A stretch of DNA of 64,000 nt, from the NCBI GenBank assembly GCA_963668675.2, contig CAXXMB010000002.1, positions 576,001-640,000 of the forward strand, given 5' to 3'. The DNA comes from an uncultured Desulfatitalea sp. (GTDB lineage: Bacteria > Desulfobacterota > Desulfobacteria > Desulfobacterales > Desulfosarcinaceae). The position numbers and the translations under genes are program-made. The notes beneath the pieces are model-generated. The model had not been told where the DNA came from and did no database searches. It saw nothing but the letters and a program-made list of their open reading frames with translations. The first letter of the stretch is position 1; each line of letters opens with the position of its first letter. Below, one piece after another: positions 28,217 to 40,112 of the stretch.

Positions 28217-30694
28217 TTAAAAAAGCGTCGGACGGCAGCTCTCAACTTGGTAACGATGGCCGTCGGTGGTGATCTCGATAGCGCCGCAATGATCGGTACG
28301 CCAGAGACGGCAGTTGGAGGTGCGAAACCGTTCGAGCACCTCGTGGTGCGGGAAGTGGAATCGATTGCGCCACCCTGCCGACACAACCGCTTCGCGGGGC
28401 TGCACGGCTCGAACCAATGCCGGCGAGCTCGACGTGCGGCTGCCGTGGTGCGGCACCATCAGGATGGTGCTGCGGAGGCGCTCAGCCCCCTGTTCCGTCA
28501 CCAATTCAGCCTCGGCCGGCCGCTCGATGTCGCCGGTGAAGAGAAAAGAGACGTTACCCCAGGCGACCCTCACCACCAGAGAGTTGTTGTTCTCATCCCG
28601 CCAGGAGGGTGCATGTGGGAGCTTTGCAAAATCGCTCGGCGGCCCCAGAATCTCGAAACGGACACCGGCCCGCTGGTTTTGGCGTGGCAGCTCATCAAAG
28701 GGCACATGGTATAATTTCCGCCTCTTGATGATCTCCTGCCATTGCCGGTATCCCATGGTGGACGCCTTCTCATGATTGCTCCAAACCTCCCCGACGTCGA
28801 AGTGGCTGAGGATGTAAAGCAGACCGTTGAGGTGGTCGCTGTTGGGATGGCTCAAAATGACCAGGTCGACACGCTTGATCTTGTTGCGCCACAGCAGGGG
28901 AGCCAGGATGCTACGCCCGACATCGAAGGTAGACGCATCGCTGAACCCGCCGCCGTCTATCAGAACTATATATCCATCCGGCAACTGGAGCAGATTCGCA
29001 CTGCCCTGGCCCACATCGACCGCCGTCACGATCATCCGATCTTCAGCGAACCGGCGCTGGTGCCAGTAAATGGCATCGATCGTTGCGGCCAGGATCAACA
29101 TGCCGAGGAGGACCGAACGAAAACGGATGCGCTTCCAGAAAAAGAGAAGCGCCAGCGCAAAGTAAAAGAGCGCCATCTCCGCCAGGGTCGGCGTCACTGC
29201 AGTAAAAGCCACCGCCTCGACCCCTGAGAGCCCCTGCACGAACCAGAGCACGGCGCGCAGCCCCCAGGCGGCAACCTGCCACAACATCGCCGCGCCAGCG
29301 AGACTCACCGGTGCACACAGTGCCCCGGACAGAGCGGCTGGCAGCACGAGAATGCCGATCAGGGGAACGACGAAGAGGTTGGAGAGCGGCCCCACCCAAG
29401 CCACAAGGTTGAAATAGCGCATGACCAGGGGCAGGGTTCCGACCATGGCCAGCAGTGAGACCCATAAGAGCGCAGCCACCTTCGATACCCAGCGTCGCCA
29501 GCTCGGCATATCGCCAAGCCGCGACAACTCGGGTACGGCGTTGATGCCGAGCAGTATGGCCCAAACCGCAGTAAATGAGAGTTGAAAGGAGACGCTCAGC
29601 AGCGCTGGCGGCGTACAGACGATGATGGTCAGGGCCGCCACGGCAAGCACATTGGGCCAGTTGTAGAGCCGACCCACCCAGAAGCCGGCTATAAAAACGG
29701 CCACCATCATCACCGCCCGCTGGGTCGATGGAGAGAAGCCGGATAGAAAACCGTAGGCCAGTACCGGTGCGAAGCCCAATGCGGCGGAACCTCTTAAGAC
29801 CCACAAACGGTTTAACGCGACGGGTATCCGCACCAGCAACAGACGAAACAGCAGCATGGCAGCCGCCGCTACCATGCCGATATGCAGGCCGGAGATGGCC
29901 AGCACATGGCTCACCCCCACCCGGCTGAAGGCCTCCCTCAGTTCCCGGGAGATACCCGAACGATCTCCCAGGGTAAGGGCTTTCATCAGAGCAACCACCT
30001 CTGCCGGATGCCGCTGCAACGCCGCTTCCATCATTGCGGCCAACGCACCCCGCAAGTGATCCAGGCGCTGCCGCCAACCCTTCTGACCGGACACCTTCAC
30101 GCGGATGCGCTCGCCTTGGGCGTAGAGCCGGCAGCGGATACCCTGCAACGCCATGTAACGTTCGTAGTCGAACCCGCCCGGATTGCAGAAATTGCGAACC
30201 CCATGCAGGTGGCCGCTGAGCGTTACCACGTCTCCCCGGGAGAGGTGGGGAAACCGCCCCCTGGCCGTTATCTGGATGTCGCCCTTTACCGTCAGGGAAA
30301 GATCACCCTGTTGCAGTTGCCGGGCAACAAGTACAAAACGCAGTCGCTGCTGTTTGATCCCCGGCTGATCGCGCACCACACCGGTCACCTGCCACTTGCC
30401 CTGATCGACGAACTGCGCGACATGGTGATCCGGCAGCTCACATATGAGCCAGGGTTGGATCGACAAGTATGCGGCGACTACGCAGAAAAGCAGCGGAACA
30501 ACCAGCATTGGCCGCCTTTTCCAACGGCACCAGGCTGTCAGTGCGGCGAGCAGCACAAAAGCCGCCGCCGCCCGAGAGGATTGCCCCGGATATCGGGCGC
30601 CTATAGAGATACCAACGATTACGGCGATGGCGATGGGAATGAAGGGCCGGATAAATTCGGGACGGCAGTTTCTTTTTCGAAAAAGCTCGACCAA
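28217..30694 (-). CDS. comEC: DNA internalisation competence protein ComEC/Rec2
   Basis: NPGGFDY, HVLAISGLHIG, SFQLSF, DVGQG, SHPNSDHLNG, FTGDIE, PHHGSRTSS. Confidence 0.95.
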   Translation of the reverse strand: MVELFRKRNCRPEFIRPFIPIAIAVIVGISIGARYPGQSSRAAAAFVLLAALTAWCRWKRRPMLVVPLLFCVVAAYLSIQPWLICELPDHHVAQFVDQGKWQVTGVVRDQPGIKQQRLRFVLVARQLQQGDLSLTVKGDIQITARGRFPHLSRGDVVTLSGHLHGVRNFCNPGGFDYERYMALQGIRCRLYAQGERIRVKVSGQKGWRQRLDHLRGALAAMMEAALQRHPAEVVALMKALTLGDRSGISRELREAFSRVGVSHVLAISGLHIGMVAAAAMLLFRLLLVRIPVALNRLWVLRGSAALGFAPVLAYGFLSGFSPSTQRAVMMVAVFIAGFWVGRLYNWPNVLAVAALTIIVCTPPALLSVSFQLSFTAVWAILLGINAVPELSRLGDMPSWRRWVSKVAALLWVSLLAMVGTLPLVMRYFNLVAWVGPLSNLFVVPLIGILVLPAALSGALCAPVSLAGAAMLWQVAAWGLRAVLWFVQGLSGVEAVAFTAVTPTLAEMALFYFALALLFFWKRIRFRSVLLGMLILAATIDAIYWHQRRFAEDRMIVTAVDVGQGSANLLQLPDGYIVLIDGGGFSDASTFDVGRSILAPLLWRNKIKRVDLVILSHPNSDHLNGLLYILSHFDVGEVWSNHEKASTMGYRQWQEIIKRRKLYHVPFDELPRQNQRAGVRFEILGPPSDFAKLPHAPSWRDENNNSLVVRVAWGNVSFLFTGDIERPAEAELVTEQGAERLRSTILMVPHHGSRTSSSPALVRAVQPREAVVSAGWRNRFHFPHHEVLERFRTSNCRLWRTDHCGAIEITTDGHRYQVESCRPTLF

Positions 30695-31140
30695 TTGGAT
30701 CCTATAAAAACGCTATGGGTAAGTGACTCAACTTTCGGGTTTCGCGACGTCTTCATATGGAGGCGAGTATAGTGGGCGGCCTGCACCTCTTCAGCATTGC
30801 GTTTCATTGGCGCTTAGCGTCAGTGGAAGACCAGCACCTCGGACTCGCCGGATTCTGAATCCCGAACGTTGCGTAAGTAATTTGTCTTTCGTCGTCGGGC
30901 CGTCGCCGGTTCGGCGGCAGCCAAGCCCGTCATTAGCGAAGATGGGTAAGCAATTGGAGAGAAGCGTTCAACGGGCATTATTTTTCAGGAAAACCGGCAA
31001 AATAATAGATAAAAAGCGGGCGCGTGTCAATGCCGCTTTCCCCTGGCGGCGACCACCGCCATCAACCTTGACCTGGTGCATCTTTTCTGGCAGCATGCGG
31101 AAAGCATTACGATTTCATAAAGGAAGCGTTTTAGAAGAGA

Positions 31141-31773
31141 ATGAGAGTAGAGCAGATCAAACTCAGCCGGATGAAGACCTTTTGCTACCTCGTCGGAGAC
31201 GAGGCCAGCGGCAGCGCCGCACTGATCGATCCCGCCTTCGACGTACCCAGCATACTGGAGACGGCAACCAAAGCAGGCTATACGATCACCCATGTCATCA
31301 ACACCCACCACCATGCCGACCACACGGCCGGCAACCTGGAAATTATCAAAGCCACCGGAGCAAAACTGTGCATCCATAAGAATGATGCGGCGGCCCTGAC
31401 CAAAATTGCAGGCAAGGCCTTTGCGCGCATGCTGGGAGGCAAGGGATCTCCGCCGCCGGACTTTCAACTGAACGATGGCGATCTCCTGCGCATCGGCGCC
31501 ATCGAATTGAGGGTATTGCACACCCCCGGCCACACGCCTGGCAGCATTTGCCTCCACACGCCCGGCCATCTCTTCACCGGCGACACCCTCTTTGTGGGCG
31601 CCGTCGGCCGAACCGATCTGCCAGGAGGTAACACCAGACAACTCATCACCGCCATCCGAAACCGGCTCTACACACTTCCCGACGCTACCATCGTCTGGCC
31701 TGGCCACGACTACGGTGATAGGCCATCGTCCACCATCTTCTACGAAAAAAACAACAACCCGTTCACGCGCTAA
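31141..31773 (+). CDS. MBL-fold metallo-hydrolase (glyoxalase II-like)
   Basis: THHHADH, HTPGHTPG, FTGDTLF, GRTDLPGG, WPGHDYG. Confidence 0.92.
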   Translation: MRVEQIKLSRMKTFCYLVGDEASGSAALIDPAFDVPSILETATKAGYTITHVINTHHHADHTAGNLEIIKATGAKLCIHKNDAAALTKIAGKAFARMLGGKGSPPPDFQLNDGDLLRIGAIELRVLHTPGHTPGSICLHTPGHLFTGDTLFVGAVGRTDLPGGNTRQLITAIRNRLYTLPDATIVWPGHDYGDRPSSTIFYEKNNNPFTR

Positions 31774-31945
31774 CCACTATTTAGCCCATTTAAAGGTTGT
31801 ACATGGGTTGATCACACATTATAGTTAGTGGTTTGAGTCCTTCGGGCCAAAAATACAATACTGAGTGGTTGTTGGTCGGAGCTTCGGGGAGACGGCCTTG
31901 TCAGGCGTCCATCGACCAATTTACCCCTCCAAAAAGGCGGTCACT

Positions 31946-33736
31946 ATGCCCTCCCACCCCCATACGTTTCATATTCCGGTCATGGGAACCGGATTCAGCA
32001 TCGACACACCTCTACGCGTTGCCCGATATGGCATCTCTTCGGTAATTTCGCTGGTCGACGATGCCCTCATCGAACAGGTACGCAAATTCCACTGCCAGCG
32101 TTGCGGAGAGCCCTACGAGCCGATCAAGACAGGGCTGGACAAGCGTGCAAAACGCATTACCGCATATCTCAATTTCATAGACAGAAAGGTACGACGGCAG
32201 ATCGAGACGCTTAAGGCGGAGCCTTTCGGAGAAGGCAGCAGCATCGACCGTTATTTCGAACTGTTGCCGGCATCCAAACTCAAAGAGGACTATTCACGCA
32301 TGTTGTCGGAGCGTGACAGCGCCGTTAAAACCGACTTACAGGACAGTCTCCGCAGGCAAATCGTCGCCGGCAGCATCGATGTCAACATCATGACCAAACT
32401 GGATTCCGGCCGATATTACAACGGTGAAGAGCTGCCAGCCGAATATGCCGATGCGATGCAGGCGCTGCGCGGATTTGCGCGGAGCGACTTGAGCTCCGGC
32501 ATCGTTTTTTCCGCAGGCATCAACCAGCGACTCTATCGATATGCCGCGCAGTTCAACGATTTTTTTGAAGATGAGCAGGGAGAGCTTCGCAAAAAGATTA
32601 TCGTAAAAGTGAGCGACTATCGTTCGGCGCTGATACAAGGCAAATTCCTGGCCAAACGGGGATTGTGGGTTTCGGAATTCAGGATCGAATCCGGTCTCAA
32701 TTGCGGCGGGCACGCGTTCGCCTCCGGGTGCAGTTTAATGGGCCCCGTACTCGAACAGTTCAAGCAAAACAGGCACGTTCTGAGAGAGTGCCTTCACAAT
32801 GTCTATACGAGGGCACTCGAAGAGATGGGACGGCCGACCACTGTCCAGCCGCTGAAGATCCGAATTACCGCCCAGGGCGGCATCGGCACATCCCACGAAA
32901 ACCATTTTCTTTTACAATATTACCATATTAACGGAACAGGATGGGGCACACCGTTCATGCTGGTTCCGGAGGTCACCAATGTCGACCCGGATCATCGCGA
33001 CAAGCTTTGCAACGCCGCAGATGATGATGTCTATCTCAGCAACAGCTCTCCCCTTGGGGTTCGATTCTGGAACTTACGCACCTCGGCCAGCGAGGAGATG
33101 CGGCGCAAACGCATCGATCAAGGCAATCCAGGCAGTCCATGTCCCAAAGGGCTCTGCCTGCTGAACCAGGATTTTCCCGGCAAGCCTTTGTGCGTGGCCT
33201 CACGGTCATACACAAAGCAAAAACTCGCGCAGCTCTCCGCAGAGGATGCGACAAACAAGCAGGCGACGCTTCTCAAAGAGCGTGTTCTTGAAAAATCCTG
33301 CTTGTGTCATGACCTGGCAGGTGCGGTGAGTCTGAACCACGACACCGACCGAAAGGCGACACCGGCGATTTGCTGCGGCCCCAATATCCGCAACTTCAAT
33401 CGCATCTTCTCCATGGAAGAGATGATCGATCACATTTACGGCCGCCTGTCACTTGTGTTCAAAAGCGAACGTCCCCATATGTTTATTGAGGAGATGCGCC
33501 TGAATCTGGACTATCTGAAAGAGGAGATTGCCCTCTTCTCCCAACGCATCTCCAACCGCCAAGCAGGCTTTTTCGATTCGTTCAAAAATAAGCTGCTCGA
33601 AGGCATCGACTACTACCGGGACCTGACCAAACAGTTCATCGAAGAGCAGCGGGAGCGCTTCCTGGAAGATCTTAAGAAACTGCAGGAGGAGATCGAACAC
33701 ACATGCCTGCCCGAAGGTGATGCGCCGTGCCCCTGA
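31946..33736 (+). CDS. Conserved hypothetical protein, probable FMN-binding TIM-barrel oxidoreductase (NMO/FabK-like) with a Cys cluster
   Basis: Long ORF with ATG 31946. Motifs IPVMG, FSAG, ESGLNCGGH, AQGGIGT and GWGTPFMLVPE resemble nitronate monooxygenase/FabK motifs. Confidence 0.6.
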   Translation: MPSHPHTFHIPVMGTGFSIDTPLRVARYGISSVISLVDDALIEQVRKFHCQRCGEPYEPIKTGLDKRAKRITAYLNFIDRKVRRQIETLKAEPFGEGSSIDRYFELLPASKLKEDYSRMLSERDSAVKTDLQDSLRRQIVAGSIDVNIMTKLDSGRYYNGEELPAEYADAMQALRGFARSDLSSGIVFSAGINQRLYRYAAQFNDFFEDEQGELRKKIIVKVSDYRSALIQGKFLAKRGLWVSEFRIESGLNCGGHAFASGCSLMGPVLEQFKQNRHVLRECLHNVYTRALEEMGRPTTVQPLKIRITAQGGIGTSHENHFLLQYYHINGTGWGTPFMLVPEVTNVDPDHRDKLCNAADDDVYLSNSSPLGVRFWNLRTSASEEMRRKRIDQGNPGSPCPKGLCLLNQDFPGKPLCVASRSYTKQKLAQLSAEDATNKQATLLKERVLEKSCLCHDLAGAVSLNHDTDRKATPAICCGPNIRNFNRIFSMEEMIDHIYGRLSLVFKSERPHMFIEEMRLNLDYLKEEIALFSQRISNRQAGFFDSFKNKLLEGIDYYRDLTKQFIEEQRERFLEDLKKLQEEIEHTCLPEGDAPCP

Positions 33737-33849
33737 TCGGGGTTGCCGGCTGCAGGCCCTGAAGATACCCCTCTAAAATTAACGGCCCTATCTACCAAAT
33801 AAAGGAGCATCAAAGCCGGACAGCTATATAGGCTTCTAGTAAACCGTTT

Positions 33850-34287
33850 TTAGTGTAAAGTTTTAAGTTCATATCGGTAAACATTGGTCTGCCGACGCGC
33901 AAATCCCATGCTTTTATAAAGCCCGTTAGCGGATGTCCGGTTTGGATTGGAGGTCAGGTCGATCGCAATTGCGCCGAAATCGCGCGCCAATTCAACAGCG
34001 CGGATGATAAGCGCTTTCCCAATACCCTTGCCCCGGGCGGAGCGATCGACCACCAGGTCCTCGATACGAGCGCGTAGACCGGTTGGCAGATGGAAGAGAA
34101 CCAAGGTCAAGCTGCCCACAATGGCCCCATTTTCAACAGCCATCAGCAGTTGCGAAGGGCGGGAATCGATCAAACTACGCAGGTCGCGCTCTGTCATCGG
34201 CGTCGCAGATTCGGACAGTTGAGGCAACAATAGATTGAGGGCTTCAAGCACCTGGTCTGTGACTTCCGTGACCTCTAAGATCTTCAT
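33850..34287 (-). CDS. GNAT family N-acetyltransferase
   Basis: IEDLVVDRSARGKGIGKAL, ANGLYKSMGF. Confidence 0.9.
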   Translation of the reverse strand: MKILEVTEVTDQVLEALNLLLPQLSESATPMTERDLRSLIDSRPSQLLMAVENGAIVGSLTLVLFHLPTGLRARIEDLVVDRSARGKGIGKALIIRAVELARDFGAIAIDLTSNPNRTSANGLYKSMGFARRQTNVYRYELKTLH

Positions 34288-34293
34288 GACTGA

Positions 34294-34959
34294 TCACCGA
34301 AACGCATCCGATGTGTTGATATCGAACCCTATCACACGATCCTGCTCGAAAAACACCTTGATCACCGAATATAGATTGAGCCACACCTCATGACCCTGGG
34401 GGAGTTGATCCTCCTGGCGAACTTTTTTTGCGGTGGTGTCGTCGGCTTTTTGCTGTACCCAGAATATGTATTGGTGCTCGTGGGAATCGGCAAGCCGCCG
34501 ACTGGCTGGACCGAGCAGACGGCGCACCTCCTCCCTGCTGAGGCCGATCCCCAATCCGGCCTCATTTATCAGATCCGGGGAGGTGGCGTCGATGGGTAAG
34601 CAGTTTTCGACCCCGGCGTCATTGCCAAGGTGTTTTGAAACCGCATATCCGATGCCGGTGGAAGAGACATAGAATTCAAGAAAAATACCGTCCCGACTCA
34701 CATAGCAGTTACCCAGGTCGAAATCCCCCCTGTAGTAAAAGATGGACTGCCCCAAGGAAGATTCGATATCGCGGATGTTGGCCTGGCGAATATCGATACC
34801 CAGAATCCGGCAATGGCCCGCTGGAACAAGTTCCGCCCGGTCTCCAGATCTCAATTTGGCAGGCCTTCGCGTCTCCGGGCCGACTCCGGCACAAGCTACC
34901 GCAGCCATGCTGATGGCAATGGCCAAGGCGATCCCGCTAAGAAACCGAATGCGCATCAT
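34294..34959 (-). CDS. Putative lipoprotein, hypothetical
   Basis: Basic/hydrophobic leader with lipobox AVAC, GGAG RBS, co-oriented downstream of parC. Confidence 0.7.
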   Translation of the reverse strand: MMRIRFLSGIALAIAISMAAVACAGVGPETRRPAKLRSGDRAELVPAGHCRILGIDIRQANIRDIESSLGQSIFYYRGDFDLGNCYVSRDGIFLEFYVSSTGIGYAVSKHLGNDAGVENCLPIDATSPDLINEAGLGIGLSREEVRRLLGPASRRLADSHEHQYIFWVQQKADDTTAKKVRQEDQLPQGHEVWLNLYSVIKVFFEQDRVIGFDINTSDAFR

Positions 34960-35023
34960 TCTCTCCTATTGGTTGGTCACGGGGGACCGCGGCACGCCGA
35001 CCGCTGTCGGATAAGCCGTTATT

Positions 35024-37270
35024 CTATTCGACCGACACGGCGTTCACGTTGCGGAATCCCCGCGGCAATTTCTTTCCACGCTTGCCGCGCCCGCCGATAA
35101 AATCCTGAAGATTTCCGTGGGTCATGGAAAAGAATCGCTTTCCTGCATAGACAACCAGCTTGTCGTTTTCGTTCAAGAGATGGAAGAAGAGCAGACGATC
35201 CTGCCCCGTCTTGATATCTTTGGGCGGGATGTGAATCATCTTGTTCCCTTTGCCCTTGGGGAGTTCGGGCAATTCGCTCAACGGAAAGACCAGCAGGCGC
35301 CCCTGCAGGGTGACAGCGGCGATGTAAAGCGTTTCCGTCTCTGCGATAATGCGCTGCGGCGGCAACGGCGCCGCGCCCGACGGCAGGCTCAAGAACGCTT
35401 TGCCCTTGAGGTTGCGCGTATACATGTTCTCCAAAACCGTCACAAATCCGTATCCGGCATCGCTGGCCGCGAGGATCCGCTGATCGGGCTCCCCCATAAG
35501 CGTTGCAATAAACTTCGAATCGGGCGGGTTCTTGAACAGGCCGGTCAACGGGGTGCCATAGCTTCGGGCGGAGGGGAATTCGTTGACCGTAGTGGCATAA
35601 CTTCGGCCGGTCGAATCGAGAAAGACGGCCAGCTGATTGCTTTTCCCCTCGGCCGCGGCCAGGAAGTCGTCACCCGCCTTGTAGTTCAGTTCTTCGGCGG
35701 CCACGTCGTGGGCCTTGGCCATACGCACCCATCCCTGCCGGGAAAGAATCACCGTCACCGGCTCCACCGGCGCCAGTTGAACCAGGGAGATCGCCTTGGC
35801 CTCCTGCCGCTGGGTGATGGCAGTGCGCCGCTCGTCGCCATAGCGCTTTGCGTCGGCCTTCAACTCCTTCTTGATCAGGGTCTTCAAACGCGCCTTGGAG
35901 TTGAGAATGCCCAGGATCTGCTTCTCCTCGGCCAGCAGATCCTTCTGCTCGGCCTTGAGCTTTATCTCCTCCAATTTTGCCAGCTGCCGCAGCCGAATCT
36001 GAAGAATGGCCTCGGCCTGACGGTCCGAGAGCTTGAAACGCTTGATCAGCGCTGCCTTGGGCTCATCGCTGGTGCGGATAATATGAATCACTTCATCGAG
36101 ATTCAAAAAGGCGATCAACAACCCCTCGAGCACATGCAGGCGATCCTGCACCTGTTCGAGTCGATGATTCAGCCGCCTGCGCACCGTCTCCTGGCGATAG
36201 TCAAGCCATTCATTCAAAATCTCAAGCAGCCCCTTCACACTCGGCTTGCGGTCCAGGCCGATCATGTTCAGGTTGACTTTGTAAGTGCGCTCCAGATCGG
36301 TCACCGCAAACAGATGGAGCATCAACTCGTCGCGATCCACCCGGTTGGAGCGCGGCGTGATCACCAGGCGCACCGGATCTTCACCGTCCGACTCGTCGCG
36401 GATGTCCGCCACCAGCGGCAGCTTCTTGGAATTCATCAGTGCCGCAATCTGCTCGATGATCTTATTCTGAGAAGCCTGGTAGGGAAGCGCATTGATCACG
36501 ATATCCCCATTCTCCGCCACCCAGGTGGCCCGCATGCGAATCGATCCGCGGCCGGTGCGATAGGCGTTGAGAATATCCGCCTTGGGTGTGATGATCTCCG
36601 CGCCGGTGGGATAGTCCGGCCCCTGAATCTGTGCGCAGATCTCCTCGAGGGTGGCGTCGGGGTTGTCGAGCAGGTGAATGCAGGCCTGCACCACCTCTTT
36701 CAGATTGTGGCAGGGAATATCAGTGGCCATGCCCACAGCAATACCGGAGGAGCCGTTGAGCAGCACATTGGGTAGACGGGCCGGCAACGTCAACGGCTCT
36801 TTGAGAGTGCCATCGAAATTGGGCCCCCACTGGACCGTCCCCATCTCCACCTCCGACAGCAAACTGTCGGCATACGCCGAAAGGCGCGCCTCCGTATAGC
36901 GCATGGCGGCAAACGATTTGGGGTCGTCGATGGAGCCCCAGTTGCCCTGCCCCTGCACCAGCGGATAGCGGTAGGAAAAAGACTGTGCCATCAGCACCAT
37001 CGCCTCGTAGCAGGCGGTATCGCCATGGGGATGAAACTTGCCCAGCACATCTCCCACGGTTCGCGCCGACTTCTTGAACTTGGCGGTGGCCTTGAGGCCC
37101 AGCTCGGACATGGCATAAAGAATACGCCGATGGACCGGTTTGAGGCCGTCGCCGATAAACGGCAGGGCCCGATCCATGATCACGTACATGGCGTAATTCA
37201 GATAGGCATTTTCAGCAAACAGATGGATCGGCGTCGATTCGACCTGCGCCTCTTTCGCCGGCATTCCCAT
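35024..37270 (-). CDS. parC: DNA topoisomerase IV subunit A
   Basis: [67 protein letters not shown]. Confidence 0.96.
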   Translation of the reverse strand: MGMPAKEAQVESTPIHLFAENAYLNYAMYVIMDRALPFIGDGLKPVHRRILYAMSELGLKATAKFKKSARTVGDVLGKFHPHGDTACYEAMVLMAQSFSYRYPLVQGQGNWGSIDDPKSFAAMRYTEARLSAYADSLLSEVEMGTVQWGPNFDGTLKEPLTLPARLPNVLLNGSSGIAVGMATDIPCHNLKEVVQACIHLLDNPDATLEEICAQIQGPDYPTGAEIITPKADILNAYRTGRGSIRMRATWVAENGDIVINALPYQASQNKIIEQIAALMNSKKLPLVADIRDESDGEDPVRLVITPRSNRVDRDELMLHLFAVTDLERTYKVNLNMIGLDRKPSVKGLLEILNEWLDYRQETVRRRLNHRLEQVQDRLHVLEGLLIAFLNLDEVIHIIRTSDEPKAALIKRFKLSDRQAEAILQIRLRQLAKLEEIKLKAEQKDLLAEEKQILGILNSKARLKTLIKKELKADAKRYGDERRTAITQRQEAKAISLVQLAPVEPVTVILSRQGWVRMAKAHDVAAEELNYKAGDDFLAAAEGKSNQLAVFLDSTGRSYATTVNEFPSARSYGTPLTGLFKNPPDSKFIATLMGEPDQRILAASDAGYGFVTVLENMYTRNLKGKAFLSLPSGAAPLPPQRIIAETETLYIAAVTLQGRLLVFPLSELPELPKGKGNKMIHIPPKDIKTGQDRLLFFHLLNENDKLVVYAGKRFFSMTHGNLQDFIGGRGKRGKKLPRGFRNVNAVSVE

Positions 37271-37360
37271 AGAAACACTCTCCCACTTCTTTTACTTATT
37301 GTTCGCCGTCAAACTGTTCATTCCCAAAGGCAATAACTCGCTACTTCTTTACTTCCGAAC

Positions 37361-37387
37361 CGGGCGGGCATAAAACCCGCCCCTACA
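37361..37387. repeat. Solo GTAG-type REP element
   Basis: CGGGCGGGCATAAAACCCGCCCCTACA, near-identical to 45914-45940. Confidence 0.75.
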
Positions 37388-37485
37388 AAACATTCAAATA
37401 ACAGCAACTAGTGATATCCACCTTATCCAACCTTGCCCTCACCTCTCCAACACACCAGGCGGTCGCACTCTTCTTCCCAATCGAT

Positions 37486-37668
37486 GGTTCAGGTGGGTGG
37501 GCTGTTGTCGCGCATCTTTGAGCCGCCCAAAAGCGATCCAACGGACGCCGCAAGAAGTCGCCCAAACTGTCTGAGGGCCGCAGGCCCGAGTTTTTGGGCG
37601 GCGCGGCGTCCGTTGGATCGCCAACAAAGCGGATCACGATGCGCGACAACAGCCCACCCACCTGAACC
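37486..37668. repeat. 183-bp palindromic miniature element with 31-bp perfect terminal inverted repeats
   Basis: GGTTCAGGTGGGTGGGCTGTTGTCGCGCATC and its exact reverse complement. Inner 19-bp inverted repeat GCGATCCAACGGACGCCGC and apical GGGCC-GCA-GGCCC. Confidence 0.85.
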
Positions 37669-37679
37669 TACCTTTCCCC

Positions 37680-40057
<2,378 letters not shown>

Positions 40058-40112
40058 GTCTCCTCCCTTCTACATTCGGAGGCGAGTCGAGTGGGTAGGC
40101 CAGCAAGCTCTC

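Noticed and set aside
30845..30870. CCGGATTCTGAATCCCG resembling a tRNA-Gln anticodon arm
   Set aside because: No D-arm, T-arm (GTTCGA) or acceptor stem around it.
35117..36775. 552-aa ORF on the + strand, and similar long antisense ORFs (141..737, 7140..8174, 8812..10041, 22835..23860, 44515..45750)
   Set aside because: They are shadows of well-supported genes on the opposite strand, expected from GC-rich codon bias, and show no recognisable motifs.
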